From Lentisphaeria bacterium (GTDB lineage Bacteria > Verrucomicrobiota > Lentisphaeria > Oligosphaerales > Oligosphaeraceae): a stretch of DNA of 46,509 nt. The DNA lies in NCBI GenBank assembly GCA_028706165.1, contig JAQWBY010000001.1:1-46509 (forward strand), in the 5' to 3' direction. Position 1 is the stretch's first letter; each line of letters opens with the position of its first letter. Positions 36,008 through 45,062 of this stretch are shown one piece after another. The notes below the pieces were generated by a model. The model made no database searches. It was not told where the DNA came from and worked only from the letters and a program-made list of their open reading frames with translations. The position numbers were made by a program, and so were the translations under genes.

Positions 36008-39000
36008 ATGAGCGGGCATTGTGATGGCAGTGGAAGCCTTGGTTGTTGCGGGTTATGGCGTTTTGCTGGAGGGGTGGCGGTATGCTTTCGCGCGTGGGCG
36101 TCGCGGGTTGCAGCGGGGCTGCTGGCGATAGTGTTGCTGCTGGCGTTTGTCGCGTCTGCGGCGGAGTGCCTGGTCAATGGTGATTTTGAGGACTTGGCGC
36201 GTGGGTGGGCGTATTCGCATTGGAGTGGCCTGCCATCGCCGGGGCAGGTGGTAGGCGACGACGTCTATGGCGGTGGTCATGCCTACTGCATGTACAACGC
36301 CGATTGCGACAAGACGAATTACCTGCTGCGTTCCTTCACCTACACGCCGGGTGAGAGTTACCGCATCCAGCTGGCCATGAAAGGCGAGGGCCTGGCGGAA
36401 AAAGGCGTTATTGTGCGGGTGCTGTGCTTTGGTCGCAACGCCGAGGGCAAGGAGAAAGTGCTGCCCTTTGCCATGTATCCCGGCGGCCGCAACAATCTCA
36501 TTCAGGCGGGCGGGACTTTCCCCTGGCAGCTCTTCACGGCGGAACTTTTGCCGGAGCATTTTCCGGTGGGGACGACACGGGCGCATCTGTACATTTATCA
36601 CGCGCCCAACAACCAGGGGCGGCTGTGGATCGACGAGGTGTCGGTGAGTGACAGCCGGCCGGAGCCACTCAATGCTCGGGCGCTGAGGCCAGCGCCGCCG
36701 CTGGGCGAACGGCCGCCGGCGGCAGCGGCCGTCGGGGCGGCAGCAGGCGCCGCCATGCCAGAAGAGCCGGCGAATATCTGGCCGGGTGACGCGTCTTTTG
36801 AGACTGGTAGCGAGCATTTGCGGTTGCCGCGGGACAACAGCGTCTCGGCCTGGCATGGCGACTACAGCCTGCGTTTTGCGGCCGGCGAGAAGAGCGTCCA
36901 GACCAAGTATTTGTTTCAGCTGCTGCGACCGGGGCGGCAGTATCGCGTGAGCTTTTATGTTCGCGGCGACCGGTCAGGCGAGTGCGTCTTCAGTTCCTGG
37001 AACCAGTCGTACAGCATGATCATTCACCAGCGCTTCAACGTGGATAGCGAATGGCGGCGGGTGAGCTTCGCGTTTCCAGTGAGCAAGACCGCGACCAGCC
37101 CGACGGTCGGCTTCGCCAAAGACAGCGAGCAGACTCTGTGGATTGATGCCATGCAGATCAGCGAAGGCGAAAAATTGCCAGAGTTCACCATGCCCGGCGC
37201 GCTGAGCGTGGGCATGGACGATATTGGCGATGCCGCCGGCTTCCTGGCACCAGCGGCGCTGCCCTTACGTGGGACACTGCGGCTACGCAACAACGCCGGC
37301 GAGACGCAAGCCGTGCGCATTGAGGCGCAGCTGTCAAGCCAGGATGGCAAGGGCCAGAGCCTGTTGACGCGCGATATCACGTTGCCGGCCGGCGCGCTGC
37401 ATGAAGAAGCGCTGGCGATTATGCCGGCCTGCGAGCGCGGATATTATGTCGTGCGGCTGCGGACGACGTCGTCGTTGGGTACGGCGGCATACGATCTGCC
37501 TTTTGTGGTGATGGACGAGCCTATGCCGCCACGGGCAGACTCGTATTTCGGGCTGCATCCGGGGCCGGTGGCGTATGGACGGCGCATTGGCGCGTCGTGG
37601 CTGCGGCATTTTCGCGACTGGCGCTGGCAGAAGGAAACCGATGGCCACTACGCGTTGGCGGATGTGCTTGGCCGCAGCGCGCGGGAATACGGCATGTCCG
37701 AGCTGGAGTGCATCGGCGTATGTTCCCCGCCGCCGAAGTATCGGCTCAAGGACAGCGATCCGCCCGGCCTAGCCGATCCGGTCGAGCAGGAGCGTTTTGT
37801 GCGCGAATTTGTGCTTGCGGCCAAGGACAGCGCTTGCGTCGAACTGATCAACGAGCCGGACCTGAGCGTTGTGAATCTCTATCAGAAAGGCCGTGAGGTC
37901 GGCGTGGAGCGTTATTGCGAGATGCTGGAGCGCATTGTGCCGCTGATCCGCCAACAGCGACCGGAGATGAAGGTACTCGCTGCCGGCGTTTCCGGCGTGG
38001 ATTTCACCCGCGGTTTCCATTTTCTGGACGGCGTGCTGGCTCGCGCGGGGCAGCACATCGACGTGCTGGCGGTGCATCCCTACGCCGATGCGCGCTACAT
38101 CTGCGCCGATGGGGCCGACATCGGGCCGGAGCAGAATGGCGTGTACGAGAAGACCATGCGTCTGCGCGAGATCATCGCCAGTCATGGCGGGCGGCAGCCG
38201 ATCTGGTATGGCGAGATCGGCTGGGGCCTGTCAGTGGAAGAGGACTACCTGTCGGCAGCGGCCATGCGCCACGCGTCCTATTGCGCGCGGCTCCTGTTGC
38301 TGGGCATGAGCGCTGGGGTGGAACGGGTGATGTATTTTCTCACGGATTCCTGCATTGAGCGCCAGCGCTACTACTACGGGCTGTGGCGGGCGGGTCGGCC
38401 GCTGCCGGTGGCGGCGGTCTATGCGGCCACGGCGCAGGTGTTGGACGGCGCCAAGGGCGAACGCCTGGTCGCCAACAGCGACCTGCATTGCTTTACCTAC
38501 CGCCATCGCGACGGGCGGCTTTTTGCCGCGCTGTGGACGAGCCAGCCCGACGGCTTTGCCGCTGAGATTGCTCTGCCGCCGGCGGCGGTCGAAGTGCGCG
38601 ACATGTTCAATCGTCCGCTGGACTGCCCGGTGGGCGACACGGTGAAGCTGGCGCTGTCCGGCCAGCCTCAGTACGTCTTCTGCGGGGCGGAGCTGAGCGC
38701 GGAGACGTTTCATGCCGCGCTCCGCGACATGCGTTACGACTGCCCGCCGCTGAGTTTTGCCTGGCAGCTGCAGCGGTCGGACTGCCTGGCGGTGCTGGTC
38801 AGCAATCTCCGTCAGCAGGCGCTGAGCGGCCGTTGTCGCCTGGACGGCGCGGAGTTTGCGGAACCGGCGCGGGAATTGTCCCTCGGTCCGGGTGAGACCG
38901 TGCTGCTGACCTTTGAGTCGCCAGCTTCGCTGAATCAGCGCGCGCTGACCATAACCGCGCAGACCACGCTGGGCGACCTGAGCGGCACGTATCGCGCTGA

Positions 39001-39643
39001 GATCATGGCCTGCCCGAGGACGGCGGCCGGCGCGCAGCTCCTGGCCGACGCGGGGTTGCCGGGGCCGGCCGGCCGGCTGCCGTCATTGTCAACGCGGGAC
39101 TACCTGCTGCCCAATGACCCGGGTAATGGCTGGGCCGGTCCCCAGGACCTCAGCCTGGAAGGCGCGGTCGCCTATGACGACGAGAAGCTCTACCTGCTGC
39201 TGGATGTCCGCGACGATAATCACTTTCAGCAGCAGAAGCCGGGCAAGCTCTGGTCGCAGGACGCGGTGCAGGTGGGCATTGATTCGCTGGCCAACGCGCT
39301 GCCATACGTCCATGGTTATGGTCAGGACGACTACGAATTCGGTTTCGGCTTGACGCCTGACGGTCCGGCTGCGGAAGTCACTCAGCTCTATGAAGTCGGG
39401 CGGCAGGCCGAGGTGCAGGCGGCGCTAACGACCCGTATTGAGCGCCGAGATGACATCACCCGCTACCGCATCGCCATTCCCTGGGCGGAGCTGAAATTGA
39501 TGCCGCGCCAAGGCATGATTTTCGCAATGAACATTACCGCCAATGATAACGATGGGCACGGCCAGCGCTTCTGGATGGGGCTGACGCCGGGCATTGTCGA
39601 GACGAAAAATCCCTACGTATTTATGAAATTTGCCTTGGAATAG
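36008..39643 (+). CDS. Secreted multi-domain GH39-like (clan GH-A) hydrolase with two CBM4/9-like modules and a C-terminal CBM9-like domain
   Basis: Hydrophobic signal (GLLAIVLLLAFVASAA), NGDFE and DASFE modules, ELINEPD (acid/base), AVHPY, IWYGEIGW (nucleophile) and YDDEKLY..QDAVQ..IPW..NDND. Start uncertain. Confidence 0.75.
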   Translation: MSGHCDGSGSLGCCGLWRFAGGVAVCFRAWASRVAAGLLAIVLLLAFVASAAECLVNGDFEDLARGWAYSHWSGLPSPGQVVGDDVYGGGHAYCMYNADCDKTNYLLRSFTYTPGESYRIQLAMKGEGLAEKGVIVRVLCFGRNAEGKEKVLPFAMYPGGRNNLIQAGGTFPWQLFTAELLPEHFPVGTTRAHLYIYHAPNNQGRLWIDEVSVSDSRPEPLNARALRPAPPLGERPPAAAAVGAAAGAAMPEEPANIWPGDASFETGSEHLRLPRDNSVSAWHGDYSLRFAAGEKSVQTKYLFQLLRPGRQYRVSFYVRGDRSGECVFSSWNQSYSMIIHQRFNVDSEWRRVSFAFPVSKTATSPTVGFAKDSEQTLWIDAMQISEGEKLPEFTMPGALSVGMDDIGDAAGFLAPAALPLRGTLRLRNNAGETQAVRIEAQLSSQDGKGQSLLTRDITLPAGALHEEALAIMPACERGYYVVRLRTTSSLGTAAYDLPFVVMDEPMPPRADSYFGLHPGPVAYGRRIGASWLRHFRDWRWQKETDGHYALADVLGRSAREYGMSELECIGVCSPPPKYRLKDSDPPGLADPVEQERFVREFVLAAKDSACVELINEPDLSVVNLYQKGREVGVERYCEMLERIVPLIRQQRPEMKVLAAGVSGVDFTRGFHFLDGVLARAGQHIDVLAVHPYADARYICADGADIGPEQNGVYEKTMRLREIIASHGGRQPIWYGEIGWGLSVEEDYLSAAAMRHASYCARLLLLGMSAGVERVMYFLTDSCIERQRYYYGLWRAGRPLPVAAVYAATAQVLDGAKGERLVANSDLHCFTYRHRDGRLFAALWTSQPDGFAAEIALPPAAVEVRDMFNRPLDCPVGDTVKLALSGQPQYVFCGAELSAETFHAALRDMRYDCPPLSFAWQLQRSDCLAVLVSNLRQQALSGRCRLDGAEFAEPARELSLGPGETVLLTFESPASLNQRALTITAQTTLGDLSGTYRAEIMACPRTAAGAQLLADAGLPGPAGRLPSLSTRDYLLPNDPGNGWAGPQDLSLEGAVAYDDEKLYLLLDVRDDNHFQQQKPGKLWSQDAVQVGIDSLANALPYVHGYGQDDYEFGFGLTPDGPAAEVTQLYEVGRQAEVQAALTTRIERRDDITRYRIAIPWAELKLMPRQGMIFAMNITANDNDGHGQRFWMGLTPGIVETKNPYVFMKFALE

Positions 39644-39664
39644 GGCTGTGAACGGCGAGGGCCG

Positions 39665-40342
39665 GTGAATGAACAAACGATGAGCACGACGACGATTATG
39701 GCGCTGTATGAACGCCTGTATGCGCATTACGGCCCGCAGCAATGGTGGCCCTGCCGGCATGGCGGCCGCTGGGAAATTGTGGCAGGGGCAGTGCTGACCC
39801 AGAATTGCGCCTGGCGCAATGTGGAGCGGGCTCTGGCCAATCTCTACGCGGCGGGCGTGGACAGCGCCGACGCCGTGCTGGCCACGCCGCTGCCGGCTTT
39901 GCAAGAGCTCATTCGCCCGGCGGGCTTCTTCCAGCAGAAAAGCGCCTATCTGCAGACCGCAGCGGCTTTTTATCTTGAACACGATAACGAGTACGCGGCG
40001 CCCTGTTCAACGGCGGACTTGCGCCGGCGTCGCCGGGAGCTCCTGGCCTTGCGCGGGGTCGGCCAGGAGACGGCCGACTCCATTTTGCTCTACGCTTTTG
40101 GTCAGCCGATCTTTGTCATTGACGCCTATACGCGGCGGGTGGGCGAGCGGCATCTGGAAATCGCCGGCGCGGCGCATATGCGCTATGACGATTTGCAGGC
40201 GCAGTTTATGGCGGCGTTACCGAAGGACACGCAGGTGTACAGCGAGTACCACGCGCTGCTGGTACAACTCTGCAAGGACTCGTGCCGCAAAAAAGGCTGT
40301 GGCGTTCAATGCGCCACGCTTGAGCTTCTCCGAAAAGCATAG
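39665..40342 (+). CDS. Endonuclease III-related HhH-GPD DNA glycosylase
   Basis: YGPQQWWP, GAVLTQN.AW.NV, IRPAGFF.QK, GVGQETADSILLYA, VIDAYTRR and EYHALLV. Alternative start at 39680. Confidence 0.9.
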   Translation: MNEQTMSTTTIMALYERLYAHYGPQQWWPCRHGGRWEIVAGAVLTQNCAWRNVERALANLYAAGVDSADAVLATPLPALQELIRPAGFFQQKSAYLQTAAAFYLEHDNEYAAPCSTADLRRRRRELLALRGVGQETADSILLYAFGQPIFVIDAYTRRVGERHLEIAGAAHMRYDDLQAQFMAALPKDTQVYSEYHALLVQLCKDSCRKKGCGVQCATLELLRKA

Positions 40343-40351
40343 TTGGGTTTT

Positions 40352-40394
40352 GCGAGGGGGAGGAAAGGGCCATTGGCCCTTTCCTCCCCCTCGC
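40352..40394. terminator. Perfect 20-bp hairpin between convergent genes (terminator or REP-like)
   Basis: GCGAGGGGGAGGAAAGGGCC-ATT-GGCCCTTTCCTCCCCCTCGC. No strong U-tract follows. Confidence 0.55.
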
Positions 40395-40417
40395 GCTCCC
40401 CCACCTATCCATTTTCG

Positions 40418-40466
40418 GCTGAGCGTCTTGCGGCTATCGCTTCGCGACTGCCGCAGGGCGCTCAGC
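40418..40466 (-). repeat. Imperfect intergenic hairpin capped by GCGAAGC on the minus strand
   Basis: GCTGAGCGTCTTGCGGC..TCGC-TTC-GCGA..GCCGCAGGGCGCTCAGC. Confidence 0.6.
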
Positions 40467-40688
40467 GTCAGCAGCTGAGGGTATAGGCTGGTCTTTTTAC
40501 CGCTGTTTTCGCGGTAGTCATGTCTATTTTATGGCTAAAGAAAGGCTGATAATAACGTTTGCGGCAGGCGGAAATCGCTTGGTGCACCTTTTGGGATGAC
40601 CTCACGCTAAGCGGCGGGGAAGGGCGATAGAACTTGGCGCGGTGCGGTGCGTTGCGAGAGGCGATTGGGGAGGGGGCGTGCGCCGGTG

Positions 40689-41456
40689 CTATTTCAGGTT
40701 GGTGCAGATAGTCGCTGCGGCGTCCAGGAGCAGGCGGACCATCTGGTCCTGGTAGTCGTCATTGAGGTAGTAGCTGGAAAAGACGACAGCCAGGGCGGCG
40801 ACGACGTGCTGGCGGGCGCTGTCCATCACAGGCACGCCCAGGGAGCAGAGGCCGAAGACGCTTTCGTCACGGCAGAGGGCGAAGCCTTTATCGCGCACAG
40901 TGCTGATTTCGCTGTCGAGCTCCTGCCAATCGGTGATGGTCCTGTTGGTGAAGCGCTTCAGGGAGACGCTTTGCTTGAAATCATCGTAGCGCTCAGGAGA
41001 CATGGTCGCGAGGAGGATTTTGCCGGCAGCGGTGCAGTGCAGCTGTTCGAGCCAGTCCTGATTGCGGGGTACAATCAGCGGGCCGTTGCCCTCGGCAATG
41101 CTGACCGCAATCATCTGCGACTGGCATTCGACGCCGAGAAAGCATAGCGATTTGCTCTTTTTGCTGACACCGAGCATGGGCTCGCGGGCAACGCTGCGCA
41201 AGTCGCCCCAGCTGTCAGCCGCGCCACCCAGCAGGTAGGACTTGCCGCCCAGCAGATAATGGCCGTGGTCGTCTTGCGTGAGATAGCCACGGATGAAGAG
41301 GGTGCGGACAATGTTGTTGGCTGCCGCCGGGCTCAGCCCGACTGCCCGCGCGATATCTATGGCACGCACGGCTTTCGTGCTGTCGCGAACGACTTCGAGG
41401 ATGTTCAGAGCGCGTTCGACGGACTGAATGAGACTTTTGCGCGTGGGCTTGGGCAT
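40689..41456 (-). CDS. IclR-family transcriptional regulator
   Basis: IQSVERALNILE HTH start, LHCTAAGKILLA, FTNRTIT, GFALCRDE and CSLGVPV. ATG at 41456. Confidence 0.92.
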   Translation of the reverse strand: MPKPTRKSLIQSVERALNILEVVRDSTKAVRAIDIARAVGLSPAAANNIVRTLFIRGYLTQDDHGHYLLGGKSYLLGGAADSWGDLRSVAREPMLGVSKKSKSLCFLGVECQSQMIAVSIAEGNGPLIVPRNQDWLEQLHCTAAGKILLATMSPERYDDFKQSVSLKRFTNRTITDWQELDSEISTVRDKGFALCRDESVFGLCSLGVPVMDSARQHVVAALAVVFSSYYLNDDYQDQMVRLLLDAAATICTNLK

Positions 41457-41543
41457 GGCGTGGGCACTCCGTTGAAAGAAGTGACAACAATAACGCCAAA
41501 ATGCCAAAAATCACCCCGCAGGTGAATATATCCAGGCGGAACG

Positions 41544-41665
41544 GTAATCGGTCAGTAACCACCCCGGTGGGGAAAACACCGGGGACAATTTGCAGGAAAC
41601 CCACGGCCCGCCGCCGTCCAGCCATTACCCATAGGTGGCTAACCAAGCAGTGGATTTCATAGAAG
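41544..41665. repeat. Dispersed intergenic repeat family C, copy 2
   Basis: 83-bp match to 35711-35793, plus a second block GCAGTGGATTTCATAGAAG resembling GCAGCGGGTTTCATAGGAG at 35821-35839. Confidence 0.8.
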
Positions 41666-41773
41666 CAATGCTCTTCACATAGCATGCGGCAATCGCCGGC
41701 GATGAGTTGATTGGTAACCATGCACAAGATCATTCGCCGAGGTTTTGAGCACCGAAGGTGCGCCCTAAGATAG

Positions 41774-41851
41774 CCCAGGGCAAGCGCCCGCAGGGCGCGT
41801 CGCCCTGGGCTATCATATTTCGCGCTTTCAGCGCTTCTGCCGCTTCGCGGC
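41774..41851. repeat. REP-like family B (CCCAGGGC...GCCCTGGGCT plus multi-hairpin tail)
   Basis: The 34 bp at 41818-41851 are identical to 20305-20338, and both copies share the CCCAGGGC/GCCCTGGG stem. Confidence 0.85.
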
Positions 41852-42000
41852 GGAAATGCACGACGAGAAAAGGCTGCTTGGTTGAAACAACAAGTGCCAT
41901 GGATACCGTTAAATGAAGAGCATCGGTTTCATAGGAGCCAATGCTATTGGATGCACGACATACCCCCCTCCGACGCGGTGAGACGTGACGGGCAAGACAA

Positions 42001-42155
42001 TGTGGCGCCCTCCGGGCGCAATTCCAACTTGCTGTCACACCCTGGGTTGCGGCGCCCTCCGGGCGCTGGCTTTCTTGGCTTCGTCCACCCTGGGTTGTGG
42101 CGCCCTCCGGGCGCCTCATCCAGGGTTATGCATGGTTCGGCCCTCCGGGCCGAAC
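42001..42155 (+). repeat. Cluster of four GCCCTCCGGGC hairpins (three at a 47-48-bp period)
   Basis: CACCCTGGGTTGYGGCGCCCTCCGGGCGC at 42038-42066 and 42086-42114, a partial copy at 42001-42019 and a variant at 42135-42155. Confidence 0.85.
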
Positions 42156-42213
42156 TTGGCCGATCAGACGACTTGCTTTGTCCGGTTCGGGCCGAAAACC
42201 ACCATCATTCAAT

Positions 42214-44718
42214 TTATTTGCCGGCGGCGCACTTGAGCAGACAGCGTTCGACGATGCAGGGGATACGCTTCTGCAGGGGGTCCATATGCTTCATGGCTTC
42301 GGCCAGGGCGTCGGCGTCGATTTTTGCCGGTGGCATGATATTGGTCTGACTGCCCATGAATTCGGGTCCTTCGGCGCCGACAAGGCCGTAGCGCTTGGCC
42401 CAGTCGCAGCGGCGGCTGTCGATGCGTCCCTGTTTCCAAGTGCGTTCGCCGAGAGTGAACTGCAGGTCCTCGCCGCCAATGGCGTTGACGGGGCAGGCCT
42501 TAGCGCACTTCAGGCACTGTTTGCAGAGGGGCTTGCCGCTGTCCATGCTGTCGGGCACGAGCTTGGCATTGGTGACGATGGCGTAGAAGCGCTGGCGTTT
42601 GCCGTACTCGCGGGTGAGCGGGTAGCCGCACCAGCCGATTTCGGCCAGGCCGGCGGCGACGGCGGCAAAGCCGTTGGCGCGCAGATCGACGATTTCGCCG
42701 AAGGTATGCGCGACCTTGGAGGCGCTGCCGTTGAGGTCTTCGGTGGGGACGGCCTGGTAGCCGAACTGGTTGAGCTGGCGGGTCAGCTCAAACGACAGGT
42801 TGTTGAGCAGCATCCAGGTGCAGTGCTGGGCGAACATGGAATGTGGGCCGACGGCTTCCGCCGGCGGCTGCTCGGCACGTTTCATGATGCCTTCCGGCCA
42901 GCTGATGCCGATGACCACGACGGACTGCGCATCGTCCAGGTAATCCCATGGGTCTTTGAAGACGGACTCGCGTTGCTCCACCACGGGATCGAAGCGCGTG
43001 CCGCCCATACGGCCTTGCAGGTCCTGCACGGACAGCCCGAGGGCCTTCTCGTCCAGATTGGCGCGGAGCTGCTTCTTGAAGTTTTTGAAGACCTTTGCGG
43101 GAGCGATGCCGATCATGTCGGCGCCGTGATCGAGGGCGTAGGCTTTGATTTTGCGGGTGACGTCTTCCGCGCTGGGCGCCTTGACCTTGATGGAGCCGGC
43201 GGGGCCATTGGCGCGTGGCGTGCCGGGGACTTCTTCCAGCGGGGCGTTGGTGATGATGGTGGTGACCAGCTGGCGGTTGCCGTAGGCGTCGGTGATCAAC
43301 TCGCCATTGGCGGCGACCTTGCCGATGCCGCAGGCCTGCGCCACGTAGTTGTCGGGCAGGTAGCTCAGGCCGATGGCCAGGTAGCCTTTTTCCTCCAGGT
43401 GCCGAGTGACGTCAAGAATGGCGTCCATGATTTTTTCCTTCATGGCTGATTCCACCAGCGGCGCAGCTTTGGAACTGTCGTATTCGTTCATGAAGCCAAT
43501 GCCGGCGACGATGAGGTGATTGGACTTTTTGTCCTTGTTGACTTTGGGGCGCTGGCCTTCATCGCGCATGCGGCATTCTTCAGGGAAGGAAAAGCCGAAG
43601 GAGATGACACGGGTGGCTTCCTTGAGGTAGTTTGTCGGCTCCATGGAGAGCTTGCCCCACTTGTCATTGAAGGGCATGGGGATCAGGTTGAGCTTGTAGA
43701 GCTTCTCGTCGGCGGGGGTGTTGCGGACCTTGTCGGCGGAGCAGACGCCGAAAATATCAACGCCCTTGTCGAAGAGGATCTTTTCGACTTCGATGCTTAG
43801 CAGCCGAGACACCGGCGAGAGGCCATTGGGCCATTCGGCGCCATTGAAGTCTCGTTCCAGCCACATGCTGTTGCGTGAGGGGACATTGCGGTTGGGATTC
43901 TGGCCACGGCTGTAGGCCGGCACGCAGTTGCGCCAGCAGGGCTCCAGCGATGCGCCGTAGCCCTCGCGTTGATCCGGCAGCCGGGAGACGATCACACTTT
44001 CATTGACGATGTCGGGAATGTCCGCGTCAAAGCTGAGCTGAAAACGCTCGGCCCAGGCGCAACGGAATTTGTTCTTGTTCATGTAGGAGAAGGTCTTGCC
44101 GCCGATGTCTACCTTGGTCGTGCCTTGGACTTCCTTGCGCAGGCCGCAGGACGGCGCGCAGGTCTTGACGCAGCGCATGCATTTGTCACACAGCGACGGG
44201 CCGTTGTAAAGCGGATCGGGCTCCAGGTCGGCTTCGGTAATGATGGTCATGAAACGCTGGCGAGCGCCGTATTCCGGCGTCATCAGCAGACCGTGAAAGC
44301 CAATTTCGCCCAGGCCGGCTGCCGCTGCGGCATGGATGTGCGAGATATCAGGCGAAAAGGTGATGTTCAAATCCTTGAAGGGACGATAGCGCCAGATGGC
44401 CGTCTGCGGTATCGGCACGCTGGCAAAGCCGTAGCCCTCAAGAAACTTCGCGACATTCATGCCAATGCGCTCCAAGCGGGAATTCACCGCCGTCACGCAG
44501 CTCGCCGGTCCCCAGTTGTGAATCGGCTCGCCACCGAGCTCCCAAGCGCTGTCCGGCGTGTGCACCGCCGCTACAATCACCGACTTCGCCGATGGCAAAT
44601 GACCCTGCGGACTGATCCGCAAGGGCGCGTGCTTGAAGCGCTCAATCGGCGAGATGCCGACCAAATCCGCACCGAGACTCCGACACAGGACTTTGACTTG
44701 TTGCGCGCTGATCGTCAT
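42214..44718 (-). CDS. Three-module epoxyqueuosine reductase (QueG)/reductive dehalogenase-like cobalamin-FeS protein (834 aa)
   Basis: Three repeats of G(A/V)D..G(I/V)...(S/R)V(I/V)...A.G(L/I)..(I/V)...G...T..YG.RQ...I(I/V)T.A.L. Ferredoxin motifs CDKCMRCVKTC (module 1) and CKQCLKCAKACP (module 3). ATG at 44718 with AAAGGA RBS. Confidence 0.8.
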   Translation of the reverse strand: MTISAQQVKVLCRSLGADLVGISPIERFKHAPLRISPQGHLPSAKSVIVAAVHTPDSAWELGGEPIHNWGPASCVTAVNSRLERIGMNVAKFLEGYGFASVPIPQTAIWRYRPFKDLNITFSPDISHIHAAAAAGLGEIGFHGLLMTPEYGARQRFMTIITEADLEPDPLYNGPSLCDKCMRCVKTCAPSCGLRKEVQGTTKVDIGGKTFSYMNKNKFRCAWAERFQLSFDADIPDIVNESVIVSRLPDQREGYGASLEPCWRNCVPAYSRGQNPNRNVPSRNSMWLERDFNGAEWPNGLSPVSRLLSIEVEKILFDKGVDIFGVCSADKVRNTPADEKLYKLNLIPMPFNDKWGKLSMEPTNYLKEATRVISFGFSFPEECRMRDEGQRPKVNKDKKSNHLIVAGIGFMNEYDSSKAAPLVESAMKEKIMDAILDVTRHLEEKGYLAIGLSYLPDNYVAQACGIGKVAANGELITDAYGNRQLVTTIITNAPLEEVPGTPRANGPAGSIKVKAPSAEDVTRKIKAYALDHGADMIGIAPAKVFKNFKKQLRANLDEKALGLSVQDLQGRMGGTRFDPVVEQRESVFKDPWDYLDDAQSVVVIGISWPEGIMKRAEQPPAEAVGPHSMFAQHCTWMLLNNLSFELTRQLNQFGYQAVPTEDLNGSASKVAHTFGEIVDLRANGFAAVAAGLAEIGWCGYPLTREYGKRQRFYAIVTNAKLVPDSMDSGKPLCKQCLKCAKACPVNAIGGEDLQFTLGERTWKQGRIDSRRCDWAKRYGLVGAEGPEFMGSQTNIMPPAKIDADALAEAMKHMDPLQKRIPCIVERCLLKCAAGK

Positions 44719-44819
44719 GAGAGGCGTCCTTTCAGAAAGTTGTGACTGGGGGAAGGGGAGTGAAAATAAGGAGGGTGGCAATAAAATAATAATGTATATA
44801 GCGAAATAATGCTGTATTT

Positions 44820-44848
44820 ATGGTAACACTGCAACTGGACGCCGTCAA
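44820..44848 (-). promoter_or_regulatory. Putative sigma70 promoter for the QueG-like gene
   Basis: Minus strand TTGACG, 17-bp spacer, TACCAT, followed by an AT-rich leader. Confidence 0.5.
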
Positions 44849-44857
44849 GTTTTTTTA

Positions 44858-44980
44858 GGGGGGGAAGGGGAGGGGGAGGGTTGGGGAGATGGGACGTATA
44901 GGACGTAGGGGACGTAGGGGACGTAGGGGACGTATGGGTATAGGACGGATAGGACGATGGGACGATGGGACGATGGGACG
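44858..44980 (+). repeat. G-tract followed by 9-mer (GGACGTAGG-type, x5) and 8-mer (GGACGATG, x3) tandem repeats
   Basis: Read directly: G7-AA-G4-A-G5-A-G3-TT-G4, then ggacgtata/ggacgtagg x3/ggacgtatg at 44892-44936 and ggacgatg x3. Confidence 0.9.
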
Positions 44981-44988
44981 GGCTACAG

Positions 44989-45021
44989 CGGTGATTTTAC
45001 GGTGATTTTGCGGTGATTTGC
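44989..45021 (+). repeat. Three 11-bp-period direct repeats CGGTGATTT upstream of the GntR gene
   Basis: Copies start at 44989, 45000 and 45011. Confidence 0.8.
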
Positions 45022-45062
45022 GTGATGATGCTATATTTGGGGTTTATTTATGTAAACTAACC

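Noticed and set aside
39665-40342. Defence or restriction role for the HhH-GPD protein
   Set aside because: The motifs match the common stand-alone endonuclease III-related subfamily, and no methylase or defence genes are adjacent.
42001-42155. CRISPR-like look of the palindromic 29-bp repeats with variable gaps
   Set aside because: Only two full units, gaps of about 19 nt, degenerate outer copies, and no cas genes or leader. It fits REP clusters better.
42097-43449. 450-aa plus-strand ORF, and similar long ORFs at 10798-12447, 14678-15856, 18703-20127, 27585-28922 and 28950-30317
   Set aside because: These are antisense shadows of well-supported genes in high-GC DNA and have no recognisable motifs.
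42214-44718. Calling the protein a respiratory reductive dehalogenase (rdhA) or canonical queG
   Set aside because: No Tat signal, no rdhB, and a triple architecture with irregular second Cys motifs. Only superfamily-level similarity is supportable.
44719-45062. Cobalamin riboswitch upstream of the QueG-like gene
   Set aside because: No B12-box or conserved core was recognisable. The region is an AT-rich leader plus simple repeats.
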